Below, one piece after another: positions 27,232 through 35,267 of a stretch of DNA of 64,000 nt. Below the pieces are notes generated by a model. That model worked only from the letters and a program-made list of their open reading frames with translations. It was not told the DNA's origin and ran no database searches. The position numbers and the translations under genes were made by a program. Every line of letters starts with the position of its first letter. Position 1 is the first letter of the stretch. Source of the stretch: Candidatus Kapaibacteriota bacterium (lineage in GTDB: Bacteria; Bacteroidota; Ignavibacteria; Kapaibacteriales; Kapaibacteriaceae); the NCBI GenBank assembly GCA_046595995.1, contig JBKJNB010000160.1, forward strand, positions 2,032 to 66,031, written 5' to 3'.

Positions 27232-29652
27232 TCAGTACAAGAGTTTGTACTTCGTCGGGTTAGCTTCGTGCATGATTGCATACGCAGCATCGAAGACATG
27301 TTCTGCTTCGGGCTTCGACCAGTAGTTTCCGTCGGTGCCGTAGGCGGGACGGTGCTCTGCGGCGGTTAACGTCCGCGGCGCGGAGTCAAGGAAGCGGTAT
27401 CCGTTCTGGTCTTCGAGGATGTGACGCATGATGTACGCCGACGTGCCCCCTGGGACGTCTTCGTCCAGCACCATTAATCGATTCGTTTTCTTAAGCGATT
27501 CTACAATGCGGTGTTTGCGGTCGAACGGCAACAGTGTTTGCACATCAACGACTTCGATGTCGATACCAAACTTTTCTAACATCGCCGATGCATCGAGTGC
27601 TACACGCACACTCGCGCCATATGTAACGAGTGTGATGTCAGTGCCAGTTCGCACAACTTCGGGCACACCGAGTTCGACGGTGTAGTCTCCAATGTTCGAC
27701 GGCAGGCGTTCTTTTAATCGATAGGCATTGAGTACTTCAACGATAAGGCCCGGGTCGTCGCCTTTGAGAAGCGTCGCATACATGCCCGCTGCTTGCGTGA
27801 AGTTGCGCGGCACACACACGTGAACGCCACGCACGAGGTTGATGATACCTGCCATTGGTGAGCCACTATGCCAGATACCCTCGAGACGATGTCCGCGCGT
27901 GCGCACAATCACCGGTGCTTTTTGTCCGCCCTTCGTTCTCCAGTGCACCGTTGCTAGATCGTCGCTCATGAGCTGAAGGGCGTATAGAACGTAGTCGAGG
28001 TACTGTATCTCGGCAATCGGACGAAGTCCGCGCATAGCCATACCGATGGCCTGTCCCAGAATCGTGCACTCGCGAATGCCGGTATCCATTACACGATGCT
28101 CACCAAACTCGGCCTGCAATCCAGCCATACCTTGATTCACATCGCCGAGTTTGCCCGTGTCTTCTCCGAAGGCCACAATTCGCTTATCGCGGCTGAAGGC
28201 TGTTTTAAAAAACGCGTTGATCACTTCTGAACCATTCACCGAAGCTGCATCAGGATCGTATTCGGGTGCGGTGCCCTCGATGTTCAGCGCAGATCGCTTA
28301 TCATCTTCGCAAAACAGGTGCGACGCGTACAGTGGTTTAATGCGAGCATTGTATGCAGTAAACCATGCTGCAAGGGGCGCAGAGCTTAAGGGGCTTGGGG
28401 ATACGGCGCATGCGCGCAACACTGCGTGCACTGCTACCATGATGTCCCGACGAAACGGTTCACGAATGGCAGCCAGCTCATTCGCACGCGTCGTGGCTTC
28501 TGCCGCTGCGTCTGCATTGTTATTGGAGGCAGATTCATGTGATGTTAGAGAGCTTGCAAGCGTTCGTAGTAGTGCGACGACTTCATCAATCTCTGCACGT
28601 ATAGGTGTAGTATATGCGTCGAACGCACGGCGTTGTGCACTCCGTGCAGATTCAATGGATTCACGATCGATGACGTCGAGTTCGTCGGACGTTGCGTAAC
28701 CCTTCTCGATAATCAACTGCCGGAATCGGTCGATGCAGTCGAATTCACGTTCCCAGTCCATCCGTTCAGAAGACTTGTAGCGCTCATGGGAGCCCGAAGT
28801 CGAGTGACCTTGTGGTTGTGTGACTTCGATAACGTGCACGATTTGTGGTACGTGTTCTGTGCGCGCGGTCTCGGCGGCCTTTTTGTATGTGGCGATGAGC
28901 TTTGGATAGTCCCAACCGCAAACAACGTGCACGTCGTATCCCGAGGTCGAGCCTGCTTCGCGTTGAAAGCCACTCAGCAGTTCGCCAACGTTCGACTTCG
29001 TTACTTGTAATTCGTTCGGTACGGAAATACCATATCCGTCATCCCAAATCGAGATTACAGCAGGTGCTTTGAGAACGCCAATCGCGTTTACCGATTCCCA
29101 GAACATTCCCTCAGCGCATGACGCGTTGCCAATGGTGCCAAATGCGACTTCGTTTCCCTTGCGAGAAAACGTCGTCATAGCATGCAGCTCCTGATTGTCG
29201 CGATATAGTCGGGATGCATAGGCTAATCCCACAAGGCGCGGCATCTGCGAGCCTGTCGGCGATACGTCCGCCGATACGTTGCGCGTTAGCGTCTGATCGG
29301 TCCAGTCGCCGTTGTCATCGATGAAGCGCGTTGCAAAGTGTCCGTTCATCGAACGTCCGGCCGACGCCGGTTCTGCAACCACGTCGGTGTGCGCATAGAG
29401 CTGGGCGAAGAATTTTTCGACGCTGCTCTCGCCAATCGCAAACATGAACGTCTGGTCGCGGTAGTAACCGCTGCGCCAGTCGCCTGGTTTGAAGGCACGG
29501 GCCATGGCGAGCTGTGCCAGCTCTTTGCCATCGCCGAAGATTCCAAACTTTGCCTTACCTGACAGGACTTCACGACGACCAAGGAGCGATGCCTGCCTGC
29601 TTTCGACAGCGAGGCGGTAATCTTCGATATAGTATGCGGTTTTCTGCTTCAT
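27232..29652 (-). CDS. fused 2-oxoacid dehydrogenase E1 alpha/beta protein (806 aa)
   Basis: The N-terminal half is TPP-binding alpha-like. The C-terminal half is beta-like (...VLKAPVIVRTRGH..., TLVTYGASVRVALDASAMLEKFGIDIEVVDVQTLLPFD). Confidence 0.8.
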   Translation of the reverse strand: MKQKTAYYIEDYRLAVESRQASLLGRREVLSGKAKFGIFGDGKELAQLAMARAFKPGDWRSGYYRDQTFMFAIGESSVEKFFAQLYAHTDVVAEPASAGRSMNGHFATRFIDDNGDWTDQTLTRNVSADVSPTGSQMPRLVGLAYASRLYRDNQELHAMTTFSRKGNEVAFGTIGNASCAEGMFWESVNAIGVLKAPAVISIWDDGYGISVPNELQVTKSNVGELLSGFQREAGSTSGYDVHVVCGWDYPKLIATYKKAAETARTEHVPQIVHVIEVTQPQGHSTSGSHERYKSSERMDWEREFDCIDRFRQLIIEKGYATSDELDVIDRESIESARSAQRRAFDAYTTPIRAEIDEVVALLRTLASSLTSHESASNNNADAAAEATTRANELAAIREPFRRDIMVAVHAVLRACAVSPSPLSSAPLAAWFTAYNARIKPLYASHLFCEDDKRSALNIEGTAPEYDPDAASVNGSEVINAFFKTAFSRDKRIVAFGEDTGKLGDVNQGMAGLQAEFGEHRVMDTGIRECTILGQAIGMAMRGLRPIAEIQYLDYVLYALQLMSDDLATVHWRTKGGQKAPVIVRTRGHRLEGIWHSGSPMAGIINLVRGVHVCVPRNFTQAAGMYATLLKGDDPGLIVEVLNAYRLKERLPSNIGDYTVELGVPEVVRTGTDITLVTYGASVRVALDASAMLEKFGIDIEVVDVQTLLPFDRKHRIVESLKKTNRLMVLDEDVPGGTSAYIMRHILEDQNGYRFLDSAPRTLTAAEHRPAYGTDGNYWSKPEAEHVFDAAYAIMHEANPTKYKLLY

Positions 29653-29673
29653 AGAACCGCGAAAATACGAAGG

Positions 29674-30267
29674 CTAGCTGTCGAACATGCCTTGTTGAAT
29701 CGGAGAACCCTCTGTTGCGACCGCTACAATGGCTTCAGCGCGGGTTAGAGTCTCCGTTAGCACATCGTTTACGATGACCTCTGCAAACTCGCCCCGATGC
29801 CCCATCTCCATTTCAGCACGCGCCATTCTAAGGGAAATCTGATCGTCCGTTTCTGTATGGCGTTCCCGCAATCGTTCTTCGAGAACCTCCAACGACGGCG
29901 GGGCGATAAAGATGAGGAGGGTGTCGTCTGGGAAGGCGTGCAGCAACGAAAGAGCCCCCTTCACATCGACGTCGAAGACGACGTGTGCGCCCCTATCGAG
30001 TGCTGCTTGTACTTGCGAGCGCAGCGTACCGTAGTAGTTGCCGAAGATCTCTTCGTATTCGATGAGATCGCCACGTTCGATTGCAGCACGAAAATCATCG
30101 CGCGTCAGGAAGTGATAGTCGCGTGCGTCTACTTCGTTCGGACGAATTCCGCGTGTCGTTGCACTGACGCTGAATTCCAGCGCAGGGAATTTCGTGAGCA
30201 AGTGCCGTGCAACGGTGGTCTTACCCGAGCCGCTTGGCGCGCTAAGTACAATAAGCTGTTTCTTCAT
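29674..30267 (-). CDS. gmk: guanylate kinase
   Basis: P-loop LSAPSGSGKTTV and the ...SATTR..R..E..G.DY.F... region. Confidence 0.9.
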   Translation of the reverse strand: MKKQLIVLSAPSGSGKTTVARHLLTKFPALEFSVSATTRGIRPNEVDARDYHFLTRDDFRAAIERGDLIEYEEIFGNYYGTLRSQVQAALDRGAHVVFDVDVKGALSLLHAFPDDTLLIFIAPPSLEVLEERLRERHTETDDQISLRMARAEMEMGHRGEFAEVIVNDVLTETLTRAEAIVAVATEGSPIQQGMFDS

Positions 30268-31139
30268 TCAACGTTCTGTACTTGTTCGCGCATTCGCTCG
30301 AGTTCTTCTTTCATACCAACGACGAGACGCGCGATCTCCGGATCGTTTGCTTTCGAGCCAATGGTATTGACTTCCCTGTTCATTTCTTGCATTAGAAAGT
30401 TAAGCTTACGTCCAACGGCCGTCTCGTCATTCATGTACTCGCGGAAAAACTTCATGTGACTGCGAAGGCGTACGCACTCCTCTGAAACATCGAGCTTCTC
30501 AGAGAGCAAAACAATTTCGAGTTGCAACCGCTGGTCATCAATGGGAGTGTCTTCCATGAGCTGACGCACGCGTTCACGTAGCCGCGTGCGCTCCTGCGGA
30601 ACACGCGCTGCAGAACGCACTTCGATATCGGCTAAGGCCGTTTCGATTGCCGCTATGCGATAATCGAAGTCCGCTGTAAGCTCCGAGCCTTCCTTCTCCC
30701 GCATCACGTTCAGCGACTGAAGTGCCTCGACAATGGCTTCCTTTAGTTCGGGCCAGCCGTCTGGACGTTCCGCGTCTTCATCCGGACGTGCGGTGACTGC
30801 ATCAAACTTCATCAACGCGTCTAGGGTAACGTCGCCCTCAAGGTGCAATTTATCGCGGAGTTGTCGGAGTGCCTTCGTGATGCGTTCTGCTGCCTCTGCA
30901 TTAAACGATACCACCTCATTGCCAACAGCCGCTTCTACTCGCACATAGACAGAGATCGTACCGCGCGATACGTGTTCGCGCACCGTTTCACGTACGTTCA
31001 GTTCCTTGTTCGCCAAATGCTTCGGCAGGCGTGTTGTGAGTTCGAGGTACCTGGCATTTACGCAGCGGATTTCGACACTGCACGGTAGTCCCTGCACTGT
31101 CGATTCGCTCTTGCCATAACCAGTCATGCTTCTAATCAT
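30264..31139 (-). CDS. yicC: YicC-family stress-induced protein
   Basis: MIRSMTGYGKSE from the ATG at 31139 and the C-terminal ...EEL.R...H.... The track start at 31241 is an upstream extension. Confidence 0.8.
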   Translation of the reverse strand: MIRSMTGYGKSESTVQGLPCSVEIRCVNARYLELTTRLPKHLANKELNVRETVREHVSRGTISVYVRVEAAVGNEVVSFNAEAAERITKALRQLRDKLHLEGDVTLDALMKFDAVTARPDEDAERPDGWPELKEAIVEALQSLNVMREKEGSELTADFDYRIAAIETALADIEVRSAARVPQERTRLRERVRQLMEDTPIDDQRLQLEIVLLSEKLDVSEECVRLRSHMKFFREYMNDETAVGRKLNFLMQEMNREVNTIGSKANDPEIARLVVGMKEELERMREQVQNVE

Positions 31140-31989
31140 AAGTTCCGCCAGTAAAGTCCACCGCTCTGCATGTATAGTGGGCAAAGATAGCGACCGTATC
31201 TTGGCAGGCATGCTTGAGCGCCTATCTCGACATAACATCACGTCTTGGATCGTCGCTGGTTCAGGTTTTGCCGCTGCGGTCGAAGCGGCATCGTTACCGC
31301 TTATCGACGAGATACCGTACTCGATGATTCCGGGGATGCCGCTAACAACCGTCCACGGACATCAACCGACACTACGCGTACTCAGATATAACACCCGGGC
31401 CGTTGGTGTCTTTTTGGGGCGTCATCATTTGTATGAAGGCCACAGCCCAGATGAAACGTGTTCGGTAGTGCGAACAGCACATGCGTGTGGCGGCACACAT
31501 ATCATTCTAACGAATGCATCGGGCGGTTTGCACCCATCGCTGTCACGGGGCGATATCGTTTTACTAAATGACGGCATCGATTTCACGTTCGTACAGTCAG
31601 AACGAAAGGGTTCACGTTCAACTGCGCGGTCGTCTTCACTGAGCCTATTTAGCGCCGACTGGACTTCGCGTACGCATCAACAGTGCGTGGCGGCGGGGGT
31701 AGCCGTGCGGTCCGGCGTATACGCCCAGGTAACAGGTCCGTCGTATGAAACCCGCGCCGAAATCCGCATGCTCCGCCGCATCGGTGCCGATCTCGTTGGA
31801 ATGTCAACCATTCAAGAAGCAGCGTATGGGGCACAGGCAGGCATGTCCGTACTTGGTGTGTCATTGGTTACGAACAAAGCAAGCGATACGACAAGTGTAC
31901 CACTTAGCCATCTCGACGTTTTAGAAACTGCTGCAACTAGTGTCCTTCGCCTTACTACCGTAATACTCACAGCGCTAGACTGCGTCTAG
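31126..31989 (+). CDS. purine nucleoside phosphorylase (PNP/MTAP family, punA-like), paralog 2
   Basis: WIVAGSGFAA glycine loop, HHLYEGH, and C-terminal VGMSTIQE. An alternative ATG at 31210 is also possible. Confidence 0.7.
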   Translation: MLLIISSASKVHRSACIVGKDSDRILAGMLERLSRHNITSWIVAGSGFAAAVEAASLPLIDEIPYSMIPGMPLTTVHGHQPTLRVLRYNTRAVGVFLGRHHLYEGHSPDETCSVVRTAHACGGTHIILTNASGGLHPSLSRGDIVLLNDGIDFTFVQSERKGSRSTARSSSLSLFSADWTSRTHQQCVAAGVAVRSGVYAQVTGPSYETRAEIRMLRRIGADLVGMSTIQEAAYGAQAGMSVLGVSLVTNKASDTTSVPLSHLDVLETAATSVLRLTTVILTALDCV

Positions 31990-32014
31990 GGCGCCCGCGC
32001 CGTATCTTTGCCAC

Positions 32015-32833
32015 ATGCGAATTAGATTTGGCGCCCGTCTCGTTATCATAAGTGCAATCGTTACCGTTGTCCTTGGCGCGATGTCGTGCAAAAATTCGTT
32101 CTCAAGCCCTTGGCAGATTCGCGGCCTTCGAGTCGATGGCGAAATCTTTCACGTTAAGGCGTTCAAGCTGAGCGACTCTACGGTGCAGTTGTCATTTGTA
32201 GGTCCAGCAAAGCTTCGAACGAAAGATCCAAGCATTCGGTATGTCGATGCTGCGATTGGTACTTCGGCAGACGCTTTGAATGACACCGTCACCTTCTCTG
32301 TCGAGCACATTGGCAACCCTGGTGGCAGCGATGCGCATACTGTAGGCAATGCAGTTTGGGACTCACCAACGGCAAAGCGCTCGACGTCTGCTGTGGCTGA
32401 CGTAACCGTACTCACAGCCAGCGATCACCTTGTGTTCCGTCAGAACATCGAGTATTCGGCCGCCGAAGCACTGTTACTAACTCCCTTTACAACAACGACG
32501 TCCGACACCACGATTGAAATCGGTATGGTTGCAAAACGTATCTACGTGCCCGCGGGCGAGTACCTCCCCTCTTCTGAAAACTTTCGTGTCGTCATCGTCG
32601 ATTCCAAAGGCGCTGTTGTTTGGCGCAGTGACGCTGGCATGTCATTCCTCGCGGTTGTTAGCAACGTAGAACCGCGACAGATGAATCAGGTTCAGCGATA
32701 TGCGTTGTCGTGGAACGGACATGACCTACAGAACAACATTGTTGAAGCGGGTGATTACACCGTCGAGGTTATGATCCCCGCCCGACCGAAGTCGTATTCA
32801 ACCCGTACCACCCTGCAGTGGCCGCCTCAATAG
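32015..32833 (+). CDS. hypothetical lipoprotein
   Basis: MRIRFGARLVIISAIVTVVLGAMSC carries an LGAMSC lipobox. No recognisable domain. C-terminal ...AGDYTVEVMIPARP resembles Ig-like folds. Confidence 0.45.
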   Translation: MRIRFGARLVIISAIVTVVLGAMSCKNSFSSPWQIRGLRVDGEIFHVKAFKLSDSTVQLSFVGPAKLRTKDPSIRYVDAAIGTSADALNDTVTFSVEHIGNPGGSDAHTVGNAVWDSPTAKRSTSAVADVTVLTASDHLVFRQNIEYSAAEALLLTPFTTTTSDTTIEIGMVAKRIYVPAGEYLPSSENFRVVIVDSKGAVVWRSDAGMSFLAVVSNVEPRQMNQVQRYALSWNGHDLQNNIVEAGDYTVEVMIPARPKSYSTRTTLQWPPQ

Positions 32834-33924
32834 ACGATCAAGAACGATGGATGACCCATGCGTTGGCTCTTGCCCTGCGCGGCACCGGGTATGTAAGTCC
32901 GAACCCTCGCGTCGGCTGCGTCATCGTCGCCAATAACGAAATCATCGCAGAAGGCTGGCATGCAGTCTTTGGCGGACCCCATGCGGAAGTAGCTGCTCTA
33001 TCATCGATGGGTCTCGGCACCAATTCACCGAACAAGCTGCCTGAGAACGCCACAGTCTATGTAACGCTCGAGCCTTGTTCGCACGAGCACAAAACGCCAC
33101 CGTGCACAGACGCACTGCTTGCTGCAGGCGTGCGCCACGTTGTTGTTGGCATAATCGATCCGTATCCTTTGGTTTGCGGCCGTGGCATTGCAATGTTGCG
33201 CGACCACGGCGCCACGGTAGATGTTGGCGTATGCGAGGATGCCTGTGCTTGGGTAAATCGTACTTTTATAAAATATGTTACTACAGCACAACCATACGTC
33301 GTGTTAAAGATGGCGCAAACGCTTGACGGCTTTGCAGCACCTCTCAGCCGTACGCGTCAGACCATTACCAGCACCGACAGTCGCGCGACTGTGCATGCAC
33401 TACGTGCCGAATTCGATGCCGTGCTCATAGGCATCGGTACGGCCTTAGCCGACGATCCTCAGCTCACGGTACGTGATGTCGCCGGACGCAACCCCGTTCG
33501 CGTCGTACTGGACCGCCGCTGCCTGCTAACGATTTCTTCCAATCTCGTTCAGACAGCTCGAGACGTGCCAACCATCGTTGCCTGTAACGCAGAACATTAC
33601 CGTGCAAATGCCACGTGGATCTCCGCGCTGACTGCGCACGGTGTAGAGGTGATAGAGGTTGACGACAACGCAACACTTCCTTCATTACTGACGACCCTCG
33701 GTGCTCGAGGAATTGCGTCTATCCTCTGTGAAGGGGGCGCGCGGCTTGCAGCCGCGCTTATGGGGCAACATCTCGTAGACGAGTTGCATATCCATATCGC
33801 ACCTGTTGTTATGGGCGATGGGCTTCACTGGATGACACGCGATGCATCTGTATCGTGGCAGCTTCGATCATTGGAGCGTGTGGGTAGCGATGTTCACCTT
33901 CTTCTCTTGCCCGCATCTTCCTAA
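32818..33924 (+). CDS. ribD: bifunctional riboflavin biosynthesis deaminase/reductase RibD
   Basis: CMP/dCMP-deaminase zinc motif HAEVAAL ... TLEPCSH..TPPC, followed by a RibD_C reductase domain (MAQTLDGF...). Confidence 0.85.
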   Translation: MAASIDDQERWMTHALALALRGTGYVSPNPRVGCVIVANNEIIAEGWHAVFGGPHAEVAALSSMGLGTNSPNKLPENATVYVTLEPCSHEHKTPPCTDALLAAGVRHVVVGIIDPYPLVCGRGIAMLRDHGATVDVGVCEDACAWVNRTFIKYVTTAQPYVVLKMAQTLDGFAAPLSRTRQTITSTDSRATVHALRAEFDAVLIGIGTALADDPQLTVRDVAGRNPVRVVLDRRCLLTISSNLVQTARDVPTIVACNAEHYRANATWISALTAHGVEVIEVDDNATLPSLLTTLGARGIASILCEGGARLAAALMGQHLVDELHIHIAPVVMGDGLHWMTRDASVSWQLRSLERVGSDVHLLLLPASS

Positions 33925-33932
33925 CTTCTACC

Positions 33933-35264
33933 ATGCTGCCAGTAATTCTATCGATCATTCTATTGTTTGCGCCTTTGGCGTACGCGCAGCGTACGACAGC
34001 CCCTTTACCTGCATCGATTCAGGACGCAGCGAAGGCTTTAAGTGAGGCCCGGTTTGACGTTGCCGAGCAATCTGCAACCGCCGTGTTGCGTAAAGACCCG
34101 GGGAATGCCCGTGCATTCTTGATTCGCGCCGTAGCCCGTCTTGAGTTAAAGCGCTACGCGGAGGCGGAAGCGGACGCAAAGTCGGCCATACGGTTAGATG
34201 CTGAGTTGATGCAAGCATGGCTGGTAAAGGCGGAGTCGCAGAAGCGACGGAATGCTAACGACGATGCTGTGCAATCGCTGAAGCAAGCTCAGCAGCGATT
34301 TCCGAAGTCAGACCAGCCATTCACTGCAATGGGCATTCTCTACGCGCAGCTCGGAAAATGTGCAGACGCGGTGTTGCCACTCGAAGAAGCACTCGTGCGA
34401 CGTCCGGATAACTACCCTGCTACACGTCAGCTTGCACAGTGTTATTTACGGCTCGGACGCGCACCCGACGCGGCCGGGATGCTCGGACGTGTTGTGGAGT
34501 CGAACCCCAATGACGTCGACGCAAGGTCTGGGCTTGCAGAGGCCCTTGTTGCGATGGGCAACGTCGATTCCGCGCTCACGCTCTACGCAACTGTTATTCG
34601 AGATGCCCCAAAACGCACAAACACATACGGTCCGTATGCCGCTGCGCTGTCTCTGTTTGGCAAGGATTCGATTGCCTTTATTATGATGACTACGCTTACA
34701 AACCTGTCGCCCGATGACGCAGATGCCTGGTATGGGCTCGGTGTAATTGCACAGAACATGAGTCGGCTTGACACTGCCATTCGTGCATACAAGAAAGCCG
34801 TTGTTCTCGAACCACGACACGCCAGTGCATACTTTAACCTTGGCATTGCAAATCAGAAGCGGGGCTTTGCCGAAGAAGCGTTACAGGCGTTGCGTCGCAG
34901 CGCCGCGTTGTCAACGACCGTTGCTCCAGAAGCGTACAACAACATAGGCATCATTCTACGCGGCGAACGTCGCTACGATGAAGCCATTGTTGCACATAAA
35001 GAGGCCATTGCCTTGAACGACAGTTCTGCTCTGTTGCAAGCTGCGCTCGGACATACCTATTTAGATGGGCAGAAGTACGCTGAAGGTAGGCTGATGCTAG
35101 AAGCTGCACTCGTGAAACACGTAGACAATACAGAACTGCTCTATGTACTTGGTCTTACTTATATGCGGCTGGGCGAACCTCAGAAAGCAGAGGTTATTGT
35201 CACCAAACTCGAAACACAACAATCGCCACTGGCAACAGAATTGCGATCCGTGCTGAAGAACTAA
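33933..35264 (+). CDS. TPR-repeat protein with signal peptide
   Basis: MLPVILSIILLFAPLAYAQ signal, followed by about 10 34-aa TPR-like units (..A...Y..LG......A........A..L.P....A...LG...). Confidence 0.7.
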   Translation: MLPVILSIILLFAPLAYAQRTTAPLPASIQDAAKALSEARFDVAEQSATAVLRKDPGNARAFLIRAVARLELKRYAEAEADAKSAIRLDAELMQAWLVKAESQKRRNANDDAVQSLKQAQQRFPKSDQPFTAMGILYAQLGKCADAVLPLEEALVRRPDNYPATRQLAQCYLRLGRAPDAAGMLGRVVESNPNDVDARSGLAEALVAMGNVDSALTLYATVIRDAPKRTNTYGPYAAALSLFGKDSIAFIMMTTLTNLSPDDADAWYGLGVIAQNMSRLDTAIRAYKKAVVLEPRHASAYFNLGIANQKRGFAEEALQALRRSAALSTTVAPEAYNNIGIILRGERRYDEAIVAHKEAIALNDSSALLQAALGHTYLDGQKYAEGRLMLEAALVKHVDNTELLYVLGLTYMRLGEPQKAEVIVTKLETQQSPLATELRSVLKN

Positions 35265-35267
35265 TTC

